Source: Selaginella moellendorffii
Lineage: Eukaryota > Plantae > Lycopodiophyta
Length of the DNA: 64,000 nucleotides
Direction of reading: 5' to 3'
NCBI RefSeq assembly: GCF_000143415.4
Contig: NW_003314272.1
Span: 1,496,374-1,560,373 of the forward strand
Positions 1 to 13,512 of the stretch are shown one piece after another. The position numbers and the translations under genes were made by a program. A model generated the notes under the pieces. It was not told the origin of the DNA. It saw nothing but the letters and a program-made list of their open reading frames with translations, and did not search any database. Within the stretch, counting starts at the first letter, position 1. Every line of letters starts with the position of its first letter.

Positions 1-439
1 GGCGCTCGTCCACCGCCGCGAGGACGGCATCCACGGCGCCCATGTCCGCGAAGCGCTCCGCGCTGGGGAGGATCCCCCAGGCGCTCTTCCACCAGCAGGG
101 CTCCTGCTTGGGCGGGGGCTTGTAGCGCGCCGAGAATTTCACCCCCTCGGCGTCGAAAATCTCCCGGAAATCGTCCCCGTCCTCGCCGAATCGCGCCTCC
201 CGCTGCCTGGCGCGGATCGCCCGCCGCTCTTGTGCGCTCCCGGCTTCCATCTCCTCTGCCCGCGCCTCGGCATTCTCCTCCGCGCTCCTCTTCTTGCGTA
301 ATTGCCTCTCCGCGCGCTTCACCGATCGCTCCTCTCGCTGCAATTGCCGATCAAAGTACTTGTAGAGCTGGACCTTCTGCTCCTTGGTCGTAAGTCGATC
401 TTGCCGCTTTGCCAGGCAAGCCCAGCTAAATCTTACCAT
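1..439 (-). CDS. 5' part of an uncharacterised protein gene running off the window start
   Basis: Open frame from ATG at 439 (MVRFSWACLAKRQDRLTTKEQKVQLYKYFDRQLQREERSVKRAERQLRKK...) to position 1. GC-rich coding-like composition; head-to-head with the PPR gene. No family recognised. Confidence 0.55.
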   Translation of the reverse strand, partial: MVRFSWACLAKRQDRLTTKEQKVQLYKYFDRQLQREERSVKRAERQLRKKRSAEENAEARAEEMEAGSAQERRAIRARQREARFGEDGDDFREIFDAEGVKFSARYKPPPKQEPCWWKSAWGILPSAERFADMGAVDAVLAAVDER

Positions 440-444
440 GGACT

Positions 445-510
445 AAAACCCTAGCCTAGAGCAGCATTTTAGGGTTCTTCGCAAAAGAGAGGGAAACTTT
501 TAGGGTTTTT
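445..510. promoter_or_regulatory. Telo-box cluster in a very short bidirectional promoter
   Basis: AAACCCTAG near 446 and TAGGGTT near 470 and 501, lying between divergent ATGs at 439 (-) and 523 (+). Confidence 0.5.
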
Positions 511-522
511 CGCGAGCGATGA

Positions 523-4231
<3,709 letters not shown>

Positions 4232-4352
4232 GAGGTTCATATTTTTCCTGTTCATCACTTACTGTTTTCGTGATTCTACTCGTTCCAGACAACGAAGTAG
4301 ACAAGCTCCAACCATGGATAACAGGCTTGAATCTAATGATCTACGATGGTTG

Positions 4353-6314
4353 CTAGCTATAAATGCTGGCCATGATCGAGCAAGCTCCAGCCACGCTGCT
4401 ACTTCCATCACGATTTAGCAGCGCATCAAACACTACCTTCGCGATAGCTGCATCCTTTCGTTTCCAGCACGCCCCTAGCAAAGTCATCCAAGTCACAGCA
4501 TCCGCCTCGCAAGGCATCGCGCTCGCCATCTCTAGCGCACCTCGCACATCATCGGCTCTCCCAAGCACATCGATAACGCAATGGTAGTGCTCTATCCCCG
4601 GAGTGATCCCATACTTGGTGCGCATTGCCGCGAAGAGAAGCTTGGCCTCCTCGAGCTTACCGGCGTGGTTGCAAGCCGTGAGGATGGACAGGAGCGTGGC
4701 CGAGCTCGGCTCTATCCCTCCGGCCTCCATCTCCCGGTAGAGCTCGAGCACCCGAGTAGCGTCACCTTTCCTGCTGTAGCCGGCCATCAGGGCGGTCCAG
4801 GTGATGGTCGAGGTGCTTCCGGAGAGCTGGGAGTCGAAAACTTGTTGGGCATCGTCGAGGCTGCCACACTTCGCGTAGAAATCCACCACGCAAGTCGCTA
4901 GAACCGAATCGGGCTTCTCGAGTAGACCGAGCCGGCAAACTCTGGCGTGGAAAGCTTTACCGGTGGAGAGAGCCACCGCAGCACCGCAGGCCTTGAACGC
5001 GCACAGAAAGCTCCGGGAGTTTGGCCGACCGAGCTGGTTTCGCTGTAGCTCTAGCTCCATCTCTGGAAACAACTCTAGCACCAGTTCTGGATCCCCGTTC
5101 TCAGCGTAGCCGAGCAGCAGCGCGTTCCAGAGAGCCAAGGACGTGCGCTGGAGTTGGTCCATCGCATCGAAAATTCTCTGGGCATCCGCCATGCTTCCAC
5201 AGTTGGCGTAGAGATCCACCAGCGACGTGGCGACGAAGATGTTGGAGCAGTGTCCCCCCGCGAGAGCTTGAGAGTGTAGAGCCATAGCTCTTTGGAGAGT
5301 AGCCTCGTCCGGCTTCGCTGTGGATCGCGCCGCTAGAGCAGCGCAAGCTTTCAATGCCGCGACGAAAGCCTGAGCGTTTGGCACCACCCCTTTACGTTGC
5401 ATGTCCTGGAAAAACTCGAGAGCCAGCTCCGGCTCGCCGTTCTCGGCATAGCCGAGCACCAGCGACGTCCACGAGACGACGTCGTTGCGAGGAATCGCCT
5501 GGAACACTCTGTGCGCATCGGCCATACTCGCGAAGCTCGAGTACATGTCGATCAAGCTGCTTCCAACGAAAACGTTGGACTCGCAGCCACTCTCCCGAGC
5601 TCGGGCGTGAAGAGCCATCCCGGTCTCTAGAGCAAGAGTTCTTTGCCGTGGAAGACGAGTGGAAGCCTTCACTGCCGCTACAAAGCTCTGAGAGTTCGCA
5701 TTGGAGCAGCGCTGAAAGAGCTGCAAAGCTTGCTCTTCCCGGAAGTTATCAGCGTAGCTCTGGATCATCGCGTTCCACGACACCACGTCCGGGTTTTCCA
5801 TCCCCTCGAAGACGCTTCTAGCATCTGCCAAGCTTCCCAGCCTTCCATACACCGCTACCAGCGTGTTGAGCACGTAGATATCCCCGCCATAGCCAGAGCT
5901 CACTGCCAGAGCGTGGAGAGCCATGGCTCTCTCCAATCCCCCCATAGCTCCATCAACTCTCCTGGATCCATTTCCACCGCAAGCTTTGAGAGCCACGACC
6001 AAGGTCCTGGCATCCGGAAGAAATCCCCGAGCTCGCATGGATTCCAGGCACTCCAAGGCCGCGGAGGACTCGCCATTTCCCACATACCCCAGCATGAGAG
6101 AATTCCACGACACCACCGTGTGGGATTCCATCCTCTGGAAGAGCGCCCGCGCCTCCAGCGTGCTGCCCAGCCTGCCATACGCGGCCACCAGCGTGTTGCC
6201 CAGGTAGACGCTCGAGGAATCTAGCTGCTTGCCCCCGGCGGCCGCGAGCGCATGGATTTCCCTCACCTGTTGTAGATCTCTGGACGACTTGAGAGCGGCG
6301 ATCCATGATCTCAC
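4353..6314 (-). CDS. PLS-class PPR protein, intronless, partial E-type C-terminus
   Basis: 653-aa ORF with VVSWNSLMLGY, VVDFYAKCGSLDDAQQVFD and EHYHCVIDVLGRA...WMTLLGAC motifs. Confidence 0.95.
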   Translation of the reverse strand: MRSWIAALKSSRDLQQVREIHALAAAGGKQLDSSSVYLGNTLVAAYGRLGSTLEARALFQRMESHTVVSWNSLMLGYVGNGESSAALECLESMRARGFLPDARTLVVALKACGGNGSRRVDGAMGGLERAMALHALAVSSGYGGDIYVLNTLVAVYGRLGSLADARSVFEGMENPDVVSWNAMIQSYADNFREEQALQLFQRCSNANSQSFVAAVKASTRLPRQRTLALETGMALHARARESGCESNVFVGSSLIDMYSSFASMADAHRVFQAIPRNDVVSWTSLVLGYAENGEPELALEFFQDMQRKGVVPNAQAFVAALKACAALAARSTAKPDEATLQRAMALHSQALAGGHCSNIFVATSLVDLYANCGSMADAQRIFDAMDQLQRTSLALWNALLLGYAENGDPELVLELFPEMELELQRNQLGRPNSRSFLCAFKACGAAVALSTGKAFHARVCRLGLLEKPDSVLATCVVDFYAKCGSLDDAQQVFDSQLSGSTSTITWTALMAGYSRKGDATRVLELYREMEAGGIEPSSATLLSILTACNHAGKLEEAKLLFAAMRTKYGITPGIEHYHCVIDVLGRADDVRGALEMASAMPCEADAVTWMTLLGACWKRKDAAIAKVVFDALLNRDGSSSVAGACSIMASIYS

Positions 6315-6510
6315 CTTGTGCCGCTCCGGATCTGCGGTAGCGGCGTGGAGGAGCGCCAGAAATCTCCTGGAGAATTTCGAGGATTCCTTTTTCCCTCTAT
6401 TTCTTCCTTTTGCTTAAACCCTAACCCCATACTCATAAAGAGTTAAGGGGAGAAAGCTGGCAAACTTTCTAGTTTAAACAAGTAGGCAAACTTCCGCTTC
6501 TTGTTCGTAC

Positions 6511-7288
6511 TCACCTCCTCGTCTCGTCGGAGGTCCCCTGGATCAAAAAACTTAGTTTCGCACACTTCACCGTCAAACTTGCACTGCTCGATGTCTTAGA
6601 CCGTCTCGACACCCTTGGGAATCTCCATCTCCTCCGCACATCGAACGGGAACATTGTACCGCAGCAGCACTTTGCACAAGCGAATACCTGCATCGTTTGT
6701 TCCTTTAAGTATGAGCAGCTTGCAGTGAAAGCATATGCAACGAACCTTTCAGCTTGTTTTGTTACCCTACGGGACTTGTCGCAGTAGCTCTGGAAGCCGA
6801 ATTCGTCATAGTTGGATTCCACCAGGAGCAAGCAGAGTACAAACTCGTCCGGCTTACTGGTCCCGGCATAGATATCATCAACCTATCAACAACAAGAATT
6901 TGTAATGTAAGAAAGGAACAGTAGCTCACCATAGGCAGCGTAGCTCGTTACATAAGCAATGGAAAGCTCCTCAAAAACAAAGCCTTGAAGCACCTCGTAT
7001 TCACGCAACGCACTCTGCATGAAGAGCTCCAGGTCTTTCAGTTTCATCATTGTAAGAGCCAGAGTGAATTAAGCCTGGACTTCTACACTGCAAAAGTTGA
7101 GGTAGTAATCTAGGAACGAAGAACTCTTAGCCGGTTTAAAATGTAGAAGCGCCCAGGATATATCCTGCCCTCATGATTTGCCTTGCGTGATTCTTAAGAG
7201 GCATAGGAGGTTGGTATTGTTTAGCGATTTCTGGACTTTCTTCAAGAATCTTTCTTGGTTCAAAATCGGTAAGTAATCAGACCAGAGC
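6511..7288 (-). pseudogene. Degenerate gene fragment of unknown family; 6645-7288 is duplicated at 46214-46859
   Basis: Minus-strand frame LWSDYLPILNQERFLKK...MMKLKDLELFMQSALREYEVLQGF with in-frame stops and a GT-AG intron at about 6883-6929; a close copy lies after the LTR nest. Confidence 0.55.
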
Positions 7289-7289
7289 G

Positions 7290-8031
7290 GAGGAAGTGCT
7301 CGAGGCCACCAAACAAGAGGCTGCGAGATCCAAAGACGCTGAAAGTAAGAAGGTGCAAGAGCTCGAGAAGGAAGCCGAGGCTATGGCATCAAACTTTCAA
7401 GCAGAGCTCGCGAAGGTCCAAGGTGTGGCGAGCTCTCTGGAGGAAAAACTGGACGAAGCAGCCCGACTCATTTCTGAGCAGGAGAAGACGATCTCGCGAA
7501 TGCAGGAGAGCGAGGCCCAGCAGCGAGATGGCTACGCATCGGAGACCAAGTCGCTCCTCGCCAAGCTAAGCGCGATGAGCGAAGAGTTTTCCAAGGAAAA
7601 GCAGCTGCTGGATAATGAGGTAACTCTTGATTGGTCGTCTTCTTTCCTTCTAATACTTTGTGATGGACGCCAGATATCTAGTGTCAAAGGCGAGAGAGAG
7701 GATCTTCGTAAGAAGCTGAGTGAGATCCACGTAAATGGAGCGTTTGCCAGAGTCAGCCGTTGAAGAAGTCGAGGTAAGGAACCATACTTCTACAGTTTTC
7801 TCTCCTTCTTCCTCGCTTGCTGCTAAGACATCGATTTTCATCTTCGTCACAGATGAGAAGTATCTCCAGAGATTTGAGCTCTCAAGGCAACGCCGAGGAG
7901 GAGGAAAGGAGCGGCTTCTTCCGCGGGAGTTGTGGAGGAGGAGACGAGCAGTGGCAAGGACAAAGTGGTGGGAAAGCAGGGCAAGGCTTCCTCCGGGTTC
8001 CTGGGAGCAACTAGTGTCGCGGTTTCTGTGA
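7290..8031 (+). CDS. Coiled-coil protein exons, apparently 5'-truncated
   Basis: E/K/A/Q-rich heptad ORF 7296-7619 followed by short GT-AG introns (7620-7673 and about 7774-7852). No upstream ATG; it begins immediately after the duplicated segment. Confidence 0.5.
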
Positions 8032-8200
8032 GCTCCTTCTTCGTCGGAGTACTGGTGGACAGGAAACTATTTTGAGAGAGAGGAGAAAGAAAAAGTATAT
8101 ATTTTTTCTTATCTTTGCGGCTTATAGGCTTCTATTCATCAAACAAATCTGGAAACCCTGGGATCCAACTATAAATACTTTTGACAAAAATTCCCATGAA

Positions 8201-8956
8201 TCAGCAAGCCTGTATTTCTGGCAGGTCTGCCAGAAATCCCTCAATATCAAGAAACACATCGTTGAATTCTTGAGGTTGCCCCCAGCAACTGGTTTGCACA
8301 TCTCCACCTTGAACCCCACCAACAAACTCCTGACTAACTTGATCAGCAAACACTCCATCGCTAAGCTCGCTAGTTTGAGCAAACACTTCTTGCACACAGT
8401 CACCAACAGGCCCTTGACCCAAGCCTGGCAGAAGCTTCCAGTTTTGATCAAAACCCTCGTGAGAGAAAGGTTGGGCACAATCACTAACACCATGACTTTG
8501 CTCCCAATAAATAGTTTGATCAAAACCCGCAACACAGTCACCCATAACTTGAGATGATTCGCCTACAAATTCTTCTTGGACGACTGGAGCGATCTTGTCT
8601 CCCCCATGGCTCTTTAAAGTTCTCTTATTTCCACCAGTGGGCGATTGCGATACGTCCCTTACCTTGCCACCTTGTGTCCATTTTCCCTTGCACGACCTAC
8701 AAGCGTAGCGCGGCTGGTCACGGTTGCCAGTACTCTTCTCGTTGTTGTAGTAATCGAACCGCGTGTTGTAAGATTGGCACCTTGGGCACTGGTACACGTT
8801 GTCCGGAAGGTCGTGGTACTCCCACACGCCGTACAAGTTTTGATCCCTCACCTCCTCGGCTGTGAGCTTGCAAGCCCTCTCGCTTCTCAGTCGACGCTTC
8901 TTTGTCAGCACCATGATACCATCGTCTTCTCTACTTCTCTTGCTTCCTCTCGCCAT
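8201..8956 (-). CDS. Divergent Dof-type C2C2 zinc-finger protein, intronless
   Basis: CPRCQSYNTRFDYYNN...QPRYACRSCKGKWTQGG matches the Dof core (CPRC..NTKFCYYNN..QPR..C..C..WT.GG); basic N-terminal KKRR; acidic C-terminus. Confidence 0.85.
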   Translation of the reverse strand: MARGSKRSREDDGIMVLTKKRRLRSERACKLTAEEVRDQNLYGVWEYHDLPDNVYQCPRCQSYNTRFDYYNNEKSTGNRDQPRYACRSCKGKWTQGGKVRDVSQSPTGGNKRTLKSHGGDKIAPVVQEEFVGESSQVMGDCVAGFDQTIYWEQSHGVSDCAQPFSHEGFDQNWKLLPGLGQGPVGDCVQEVFAQTSELSDGVFADQVSQEFVGGVQGGDVQTSCWGQPQEFNDVFLDIEGFLADLPEIQAC

Positions 8957-8987
8957 AGCTCGTAAAGGACCCCAAAGGACTTGACCT

Positions 8988-8999
8988 TATTTATATATG
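8988..8999 (-). promoter_or_regulatory. Putative TATA box of the Dof-like gene
   Basis: TATATAAATAA on the minus strand about 35 bp upstream of the ATG at 8956. Confidence 0.5.
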
Positions 9000-9049
9000 C
9001 ACTAAAGTAAAGGCTGGGTTAGCTTAAACAGCGTAGATTCCCACTAATC

Positions 9050-9960
9050 CTGTGCGGTTTAAGGTAAGAATATCAGTCCAGAGCGCTGAAAGATGGAAGG
9101 AGCGATCAAGGTATGCGGCATCCACATCGCAGAGGGCAAGAAGGACAGAGTCTGCCGAGAAGCCACTTATGCGCAAGTATTCTCATCACAATGTATGGCA
9201 AATGGCGCAGAGTTTGGCTGTAAATACAATCAAGGCGCTAAAGGTTGATGATGGAAAAATGGTGAAGCTCAGGATCTATCTGTCGGCATTTCCATGCACG
9301 ATGTCCAGAGCGACGAGCTGTGGCTGTGACACAGATGCCTTTGTCAGCACCTTGTTGAAGATGGAAGTGCCGTGTTTGACAGGCGTTCATTCCTCCGAGC
9401 TCCGACTATGATCCAGGCCTACACTGAAAAAACGGCGAGCCACGCATTGCTCTCGATTTGTTTTCACGCATGAGAACTATTTACTGTCAGCCATCCTTGA
9501 ACGATTGTGGCTGCGTTGAAGGCCTGGTCGCTCCTGGCAGCCGAAGGAAGATAGCATACTGGATGCGACTGAGAAGAAACGCGTGATCAAGTTTGAGTCG
9601 GTGAAAATCCGAGCGGTTTTCATTCGTATGTGTGCCGAGCCCGTGCCGAGTGTGCACGCTCGCGGAGTGTTCGACAGGGCACTGGATTTTTCGACTGCGT
9701 CATGGAACAGTTTGATGCTTGGATACGGAGCACACGGGCTTGGTTCTCGAGTCGAGCTGTTTCCATTCATGGAACGATCCGGGGTTTTCTAAGCTTTGTG
9801 GCTGCGTTGAAAGCTTGCGCTAGTTTGGATAGGCAAACTTGTCAAACTCCGTGCTTTAGAAGCTGGCATGGCTATCGCTTTGGAACTCTTCTTTCGGACG
9901 GAGCTGAAAGGAGTCACGAGTGCTCATCCTCTCAACATGGTGACTTGTGAGGCAAACTCT
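9050..9960 (+). pseudogene. Degenerate PPR gene remnants
   Basis: Fragments such as ASWNSLMLGYGAHG and SFVAALKACASL in broken frames. Confidence 0.6.
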
Positions 9961-10096
9961 TATTCCTGCTTTCCAGGAAATGATCGAAGACTCGTCTGGC
10001 GGAGCCAAACGTAGAAGAACTTGACAAGGTAAGAAACACTTCTTAGTTTTCTCCTCTTCAGAAATGGATTTCCCCTGTTGTCACAGATCTACAGAG

Positions 10097-11586
10097 GGAA
10101 GAAATGCATAATACAGCACCCCTCACTCTTATGTGGTTGCCCCTTTGCCACGCTCACTCCTCGCTTCTTCCGTGGCGCGCTTAGTCACGCCCAGCTCTGC
10201 ACCCTAAAAGTTTAACGACTAACTCTAAATTAGTAACGTTGAACTTTAATTAGTAGATGTTGTTAACGGATATGTTAACGACTATAATTTTATAATTAGC
10301 CAGTGAATGAGCGGCTATAATTTATAAGTATATAACCTACGATTGGTTTAGGTCTTTCCTCATTGTGTTTTATGTTTGTGCTCCTTATATTTTCTTTCTT
10401 ATTTTATTCATTCTCTTTAGTATTATGGCTAGATTGGAATATGTAGATCATGCTCAAGATAGTATTCTTTCTTTTTCTGATCTTATTGAGAGAACTAATA
10501 GTAAGGTAAATTCTTTTAGTTTTTGTATTATGATTGGTCTTCTTCCACAAGAGAGAGAATGTGAAAAATGCCATCATAATCGAGGTTGTAAAGATGGTTT
10601 AAAGTGGAATTGTAAAAATTGCAATACCACAAGATCTCTTAGAACTAATACATGGTTTGCAAATAGTAATCTCACATTTGCTCAAATGCTTAGAGTGATA
10701 TATTGTTGGTGCATTAAAATGCCACAAGATCAAGCTCATATTGAGTGTAGTATTAAAAGTGAGCATACGACAACAAATTAGTACAACTTTTGTCGTGATA
10801 TTTGTGTTATCACATTACAACGAGGTAGTCAAAAGATTGGTGGTCCAGGAAGAATTGTAGAAATTAATGAAAGTAAGTTTGGTAAGCGGAAATATAATCG
10901 TGGTAGAAGAGTAGAAGGTCAATGGGTCTTTGGAGGAATTGAACGTGATTCAGATCGAATGTTTATGGTTCCGGTAGCAGATTGTACTGCACAAACTTTA
11001 ACTGATATATTATATACCCAAGTAAGTTTTATTTCTATTATTATTCTTAACTAATAATTATAATTAATTTGTTAGGAACAATTATTTATAGTGATTGTTG
11101 GGCTGGTTATGATTCAGAGTGGTTGAATCAATTGAACTTCACTCATTATATAGTCAACCACTCCCAGAATTTTGTTGATCCCGTGACTGGAGTTCATACA
11201 AATCGTATTGAATCAACATGGGATGCAGTGAAAAGATCCCTTCCTCGCTATGGTACAACAAAAGGATTATACAGCTCTTACTTTCAAGAATATATTTGGA
11301 GAAAAATATATATTGAAAGAAAGGAAGCTGCATTTAATATTCTATGCAGTCATATTAAGCTATACAATCAAGATAATGCTGTTATAGTAGAATAAATAAT
11401 ATATTTGATTTTGTACTTTTAAATACTTAAAAATAGTTGAAAATAATATACTAGAACAATCTTTAATTTATAGTGATGAGGTGGCATGCGCATGTAAGCA
11501 ATGAGGTGGCGTGCAAATCCAGATAAGCAAATGGGGCCCACCCTAAATAAGGGGGGGGGGGGTGTGCTGTATTGTGCATTCTACCC
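10097..11586 (+). mobile_element. Merlin-superfamily DNA transposon (IS1595/ISXO2-like DDE), full length but defective
   Basis: 8-bp TSD CTACAGAG at 10089-10096 and 11587-11594. Imperfect TIRs beginning GG (GGAAGAAATGCATAATACAGCACCCC vs reverse complement GGGTAGAATGCACAATACAGCACACC). AT-rich body with an internal transposase. Confidence 0.9.
10425..11395 (+). pseudogene. Merlin/ISXO2-type transposase with N-terminal zinc ribbon and one intron (11022-11075)
   Basis: CEKC...CKNC; IGGPGRIVEINESKFGKRKYNRGRRVEGQWVFGGIER; IIYSDCWAGY; VNHSQNFVDPVTGVHTNRIESTW. Lesions: TAG at 10779 where W is expected, first catalytic D read as N (VEINES), and a phase mismatch at the intron. Confidence 0.9.
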
Positions 11587-13105
11587 CTACAGAGATTGTG
11601 ATACTAGGGTTTTCAAGGCGGCTTCTCACGGAGGAGGCAACCACTGTCGCTTCACTTTAAGATATCCTATATTTTGTGCTTTTAATTCCATGTCCGCAAG
11701 TTACAAAAGTTCCGATTGCAATCTACTTGCCAACATTTATGAGGAGCTCAGAGGAATTTCGGGGGGTAGAACTCAAGAAAAGACACAGCAATCTTAGAGG
11801 AATTTCGGCAAGTGAAGACTGAGCAGTTAGGAAAAAAACTAAACTACTCTTTTTTCAAGGAGATCAAACTTTCCAAAAGCACAGGCCTTAATCACGACCT
11901 TTAGTGCTTTTGCAATGTTGTTTTGATAACAAAAAGAAGATTGGTGCGATGGTATTGCCAGTGGTCACTATCCGGGTCTCTTGTAGGTGCCAGAAAAACA
12001 TGGAAACTTGACAACAAAGCTAGTCACTAAAATGCTAGTTATGCTATTACAATCATTTCTACTTGTCACTAATACATGTTTTTGGAGGGTCTTGCTGGAG
12101 GCATGAGACCACTGGGACAACTGAAGAAAAGAATGAGAGAACAAGGAGCAAGAACATTGAAAATAAAATCACCACCCTAGAATGTAATTAACAGCATCCA
12201 GACTTGGAATGTGTGATTCCACCAGTACTACAACATACTTTTGCCCTGTCCCAAAGGGGAGCTACAGCTGTGACAACACTTTCATGTAAGCAAACTTGTA
12301 GGGATGGTAGTGGATATATTTTAAAATATTAAAATATTAATATATTTAAAATATGGATATTTTAGGAATGTTTGGATATTTTAGGATATTCTACCATCGA
12401 AAAGTTGTTATTCATTTAAATTAATTTTTATATTTATAATTTATAAAATTTTAAAACCATTTTTAGTATATTCTTTTTTATTCTATCATCTAATGGTTGA
12501 TATACAATAAGATTAATCTTGTGTTTATAAATTGCAAACATGATTATAATTATAAATTTTATTTAATTAATTAGATTAATAAATAAGAATAACACTACTA
12601 TTAAGAAAATCAAGCATTGTTACATGTAATGTGTAGCAATGTTTTTTACAGAATATAGATCTAGAGAGCATATACTTAGAATATATCCACCTCTAAAGAA
12701 GATAAGCAAATTAAGCAATATTTTAGTTTGTGGTTTGAGTATATTCTAACATAACATAATCAACTGTGTTTTTAATCCTTATTTTACTTTTGGATAAAGT
12801 TCAACACCCCCTCAATCGGAGAACTAAAATGGTGCCAAGGACTGACTAGAACACCCTCATCATCAGGCATTTCTGCTGCCTATCCTCAAGCACCACCATG
12901 CTAGATGGATTGCTGGAGTACATTGCCAGCATTTGCTAGGCACAGCAAATCTACGAGGGCAAGGACCCTTCTAACTATATGAAATCTTTGGTGATTGTAC
13001 AAACCAATCATGGAGAATCCATGAAGAAATTTGGTCCTCCCTCACATTAGATGCCCATATTTAGCAAAAGCTCCTAATTTGTAAATATACTTGAAAATAT
13101 TATAT

Positions 13106-13279
13106 TGTGAAGCAAGTGTACAGCTACGATGCCATATATTAATATTAGCATAGTGGGATTTTAGTAGCCGTCGGATTGGTTTCAATCTAGACCGCTCACT
13201 CTTGTATATAAGCTAGGGTTTTTGGGCTAATTGATATACACATTTTTTGTATTCCCTTTCCATATTCCAAGCACTCACA
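13106..13279 (+). repeat. 5' LTR of element A
   Basis: Direct repeat of 45944-46119; followed by TGGTGGAGATGAGGGG (PBS). Confidence 0.9.
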
Positions 13280-13512
13280 TTGGTGGAGATGAGGGGCACC
13301 TTTGATTGTCTTTAAGGAGTGCTTGGATTTGGGATTTTGGTTTCGATTTAACTTTTGCATCATCTAGATCCAGTTTTTTCCATTTCCTTTCTTTTGTTCT
13401 TTCCTTTTAAGATTTTGGTTGAGATCTAGCTTTTTGCATTGTCTAGATCTACCATTTCCTTCTAGCTTTTTGTCATTTCTCTTCTTTTGCTCTTTCTTTT
13501 TTGTTCATCTTC

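Noticed and set aside
6414-6430. Telomere-like AAACCCTAACCC (also near 50402)
   Set aside because: One or two units only; these are promoter telo-boxes, not interstitial telomeric arrays.
12299-12700. AT-rich tract starting TAGGGATGG, resembling a hAT/MITE end
   Set aside because: Only partial inverted matches and no TSD or matched second terminus found.
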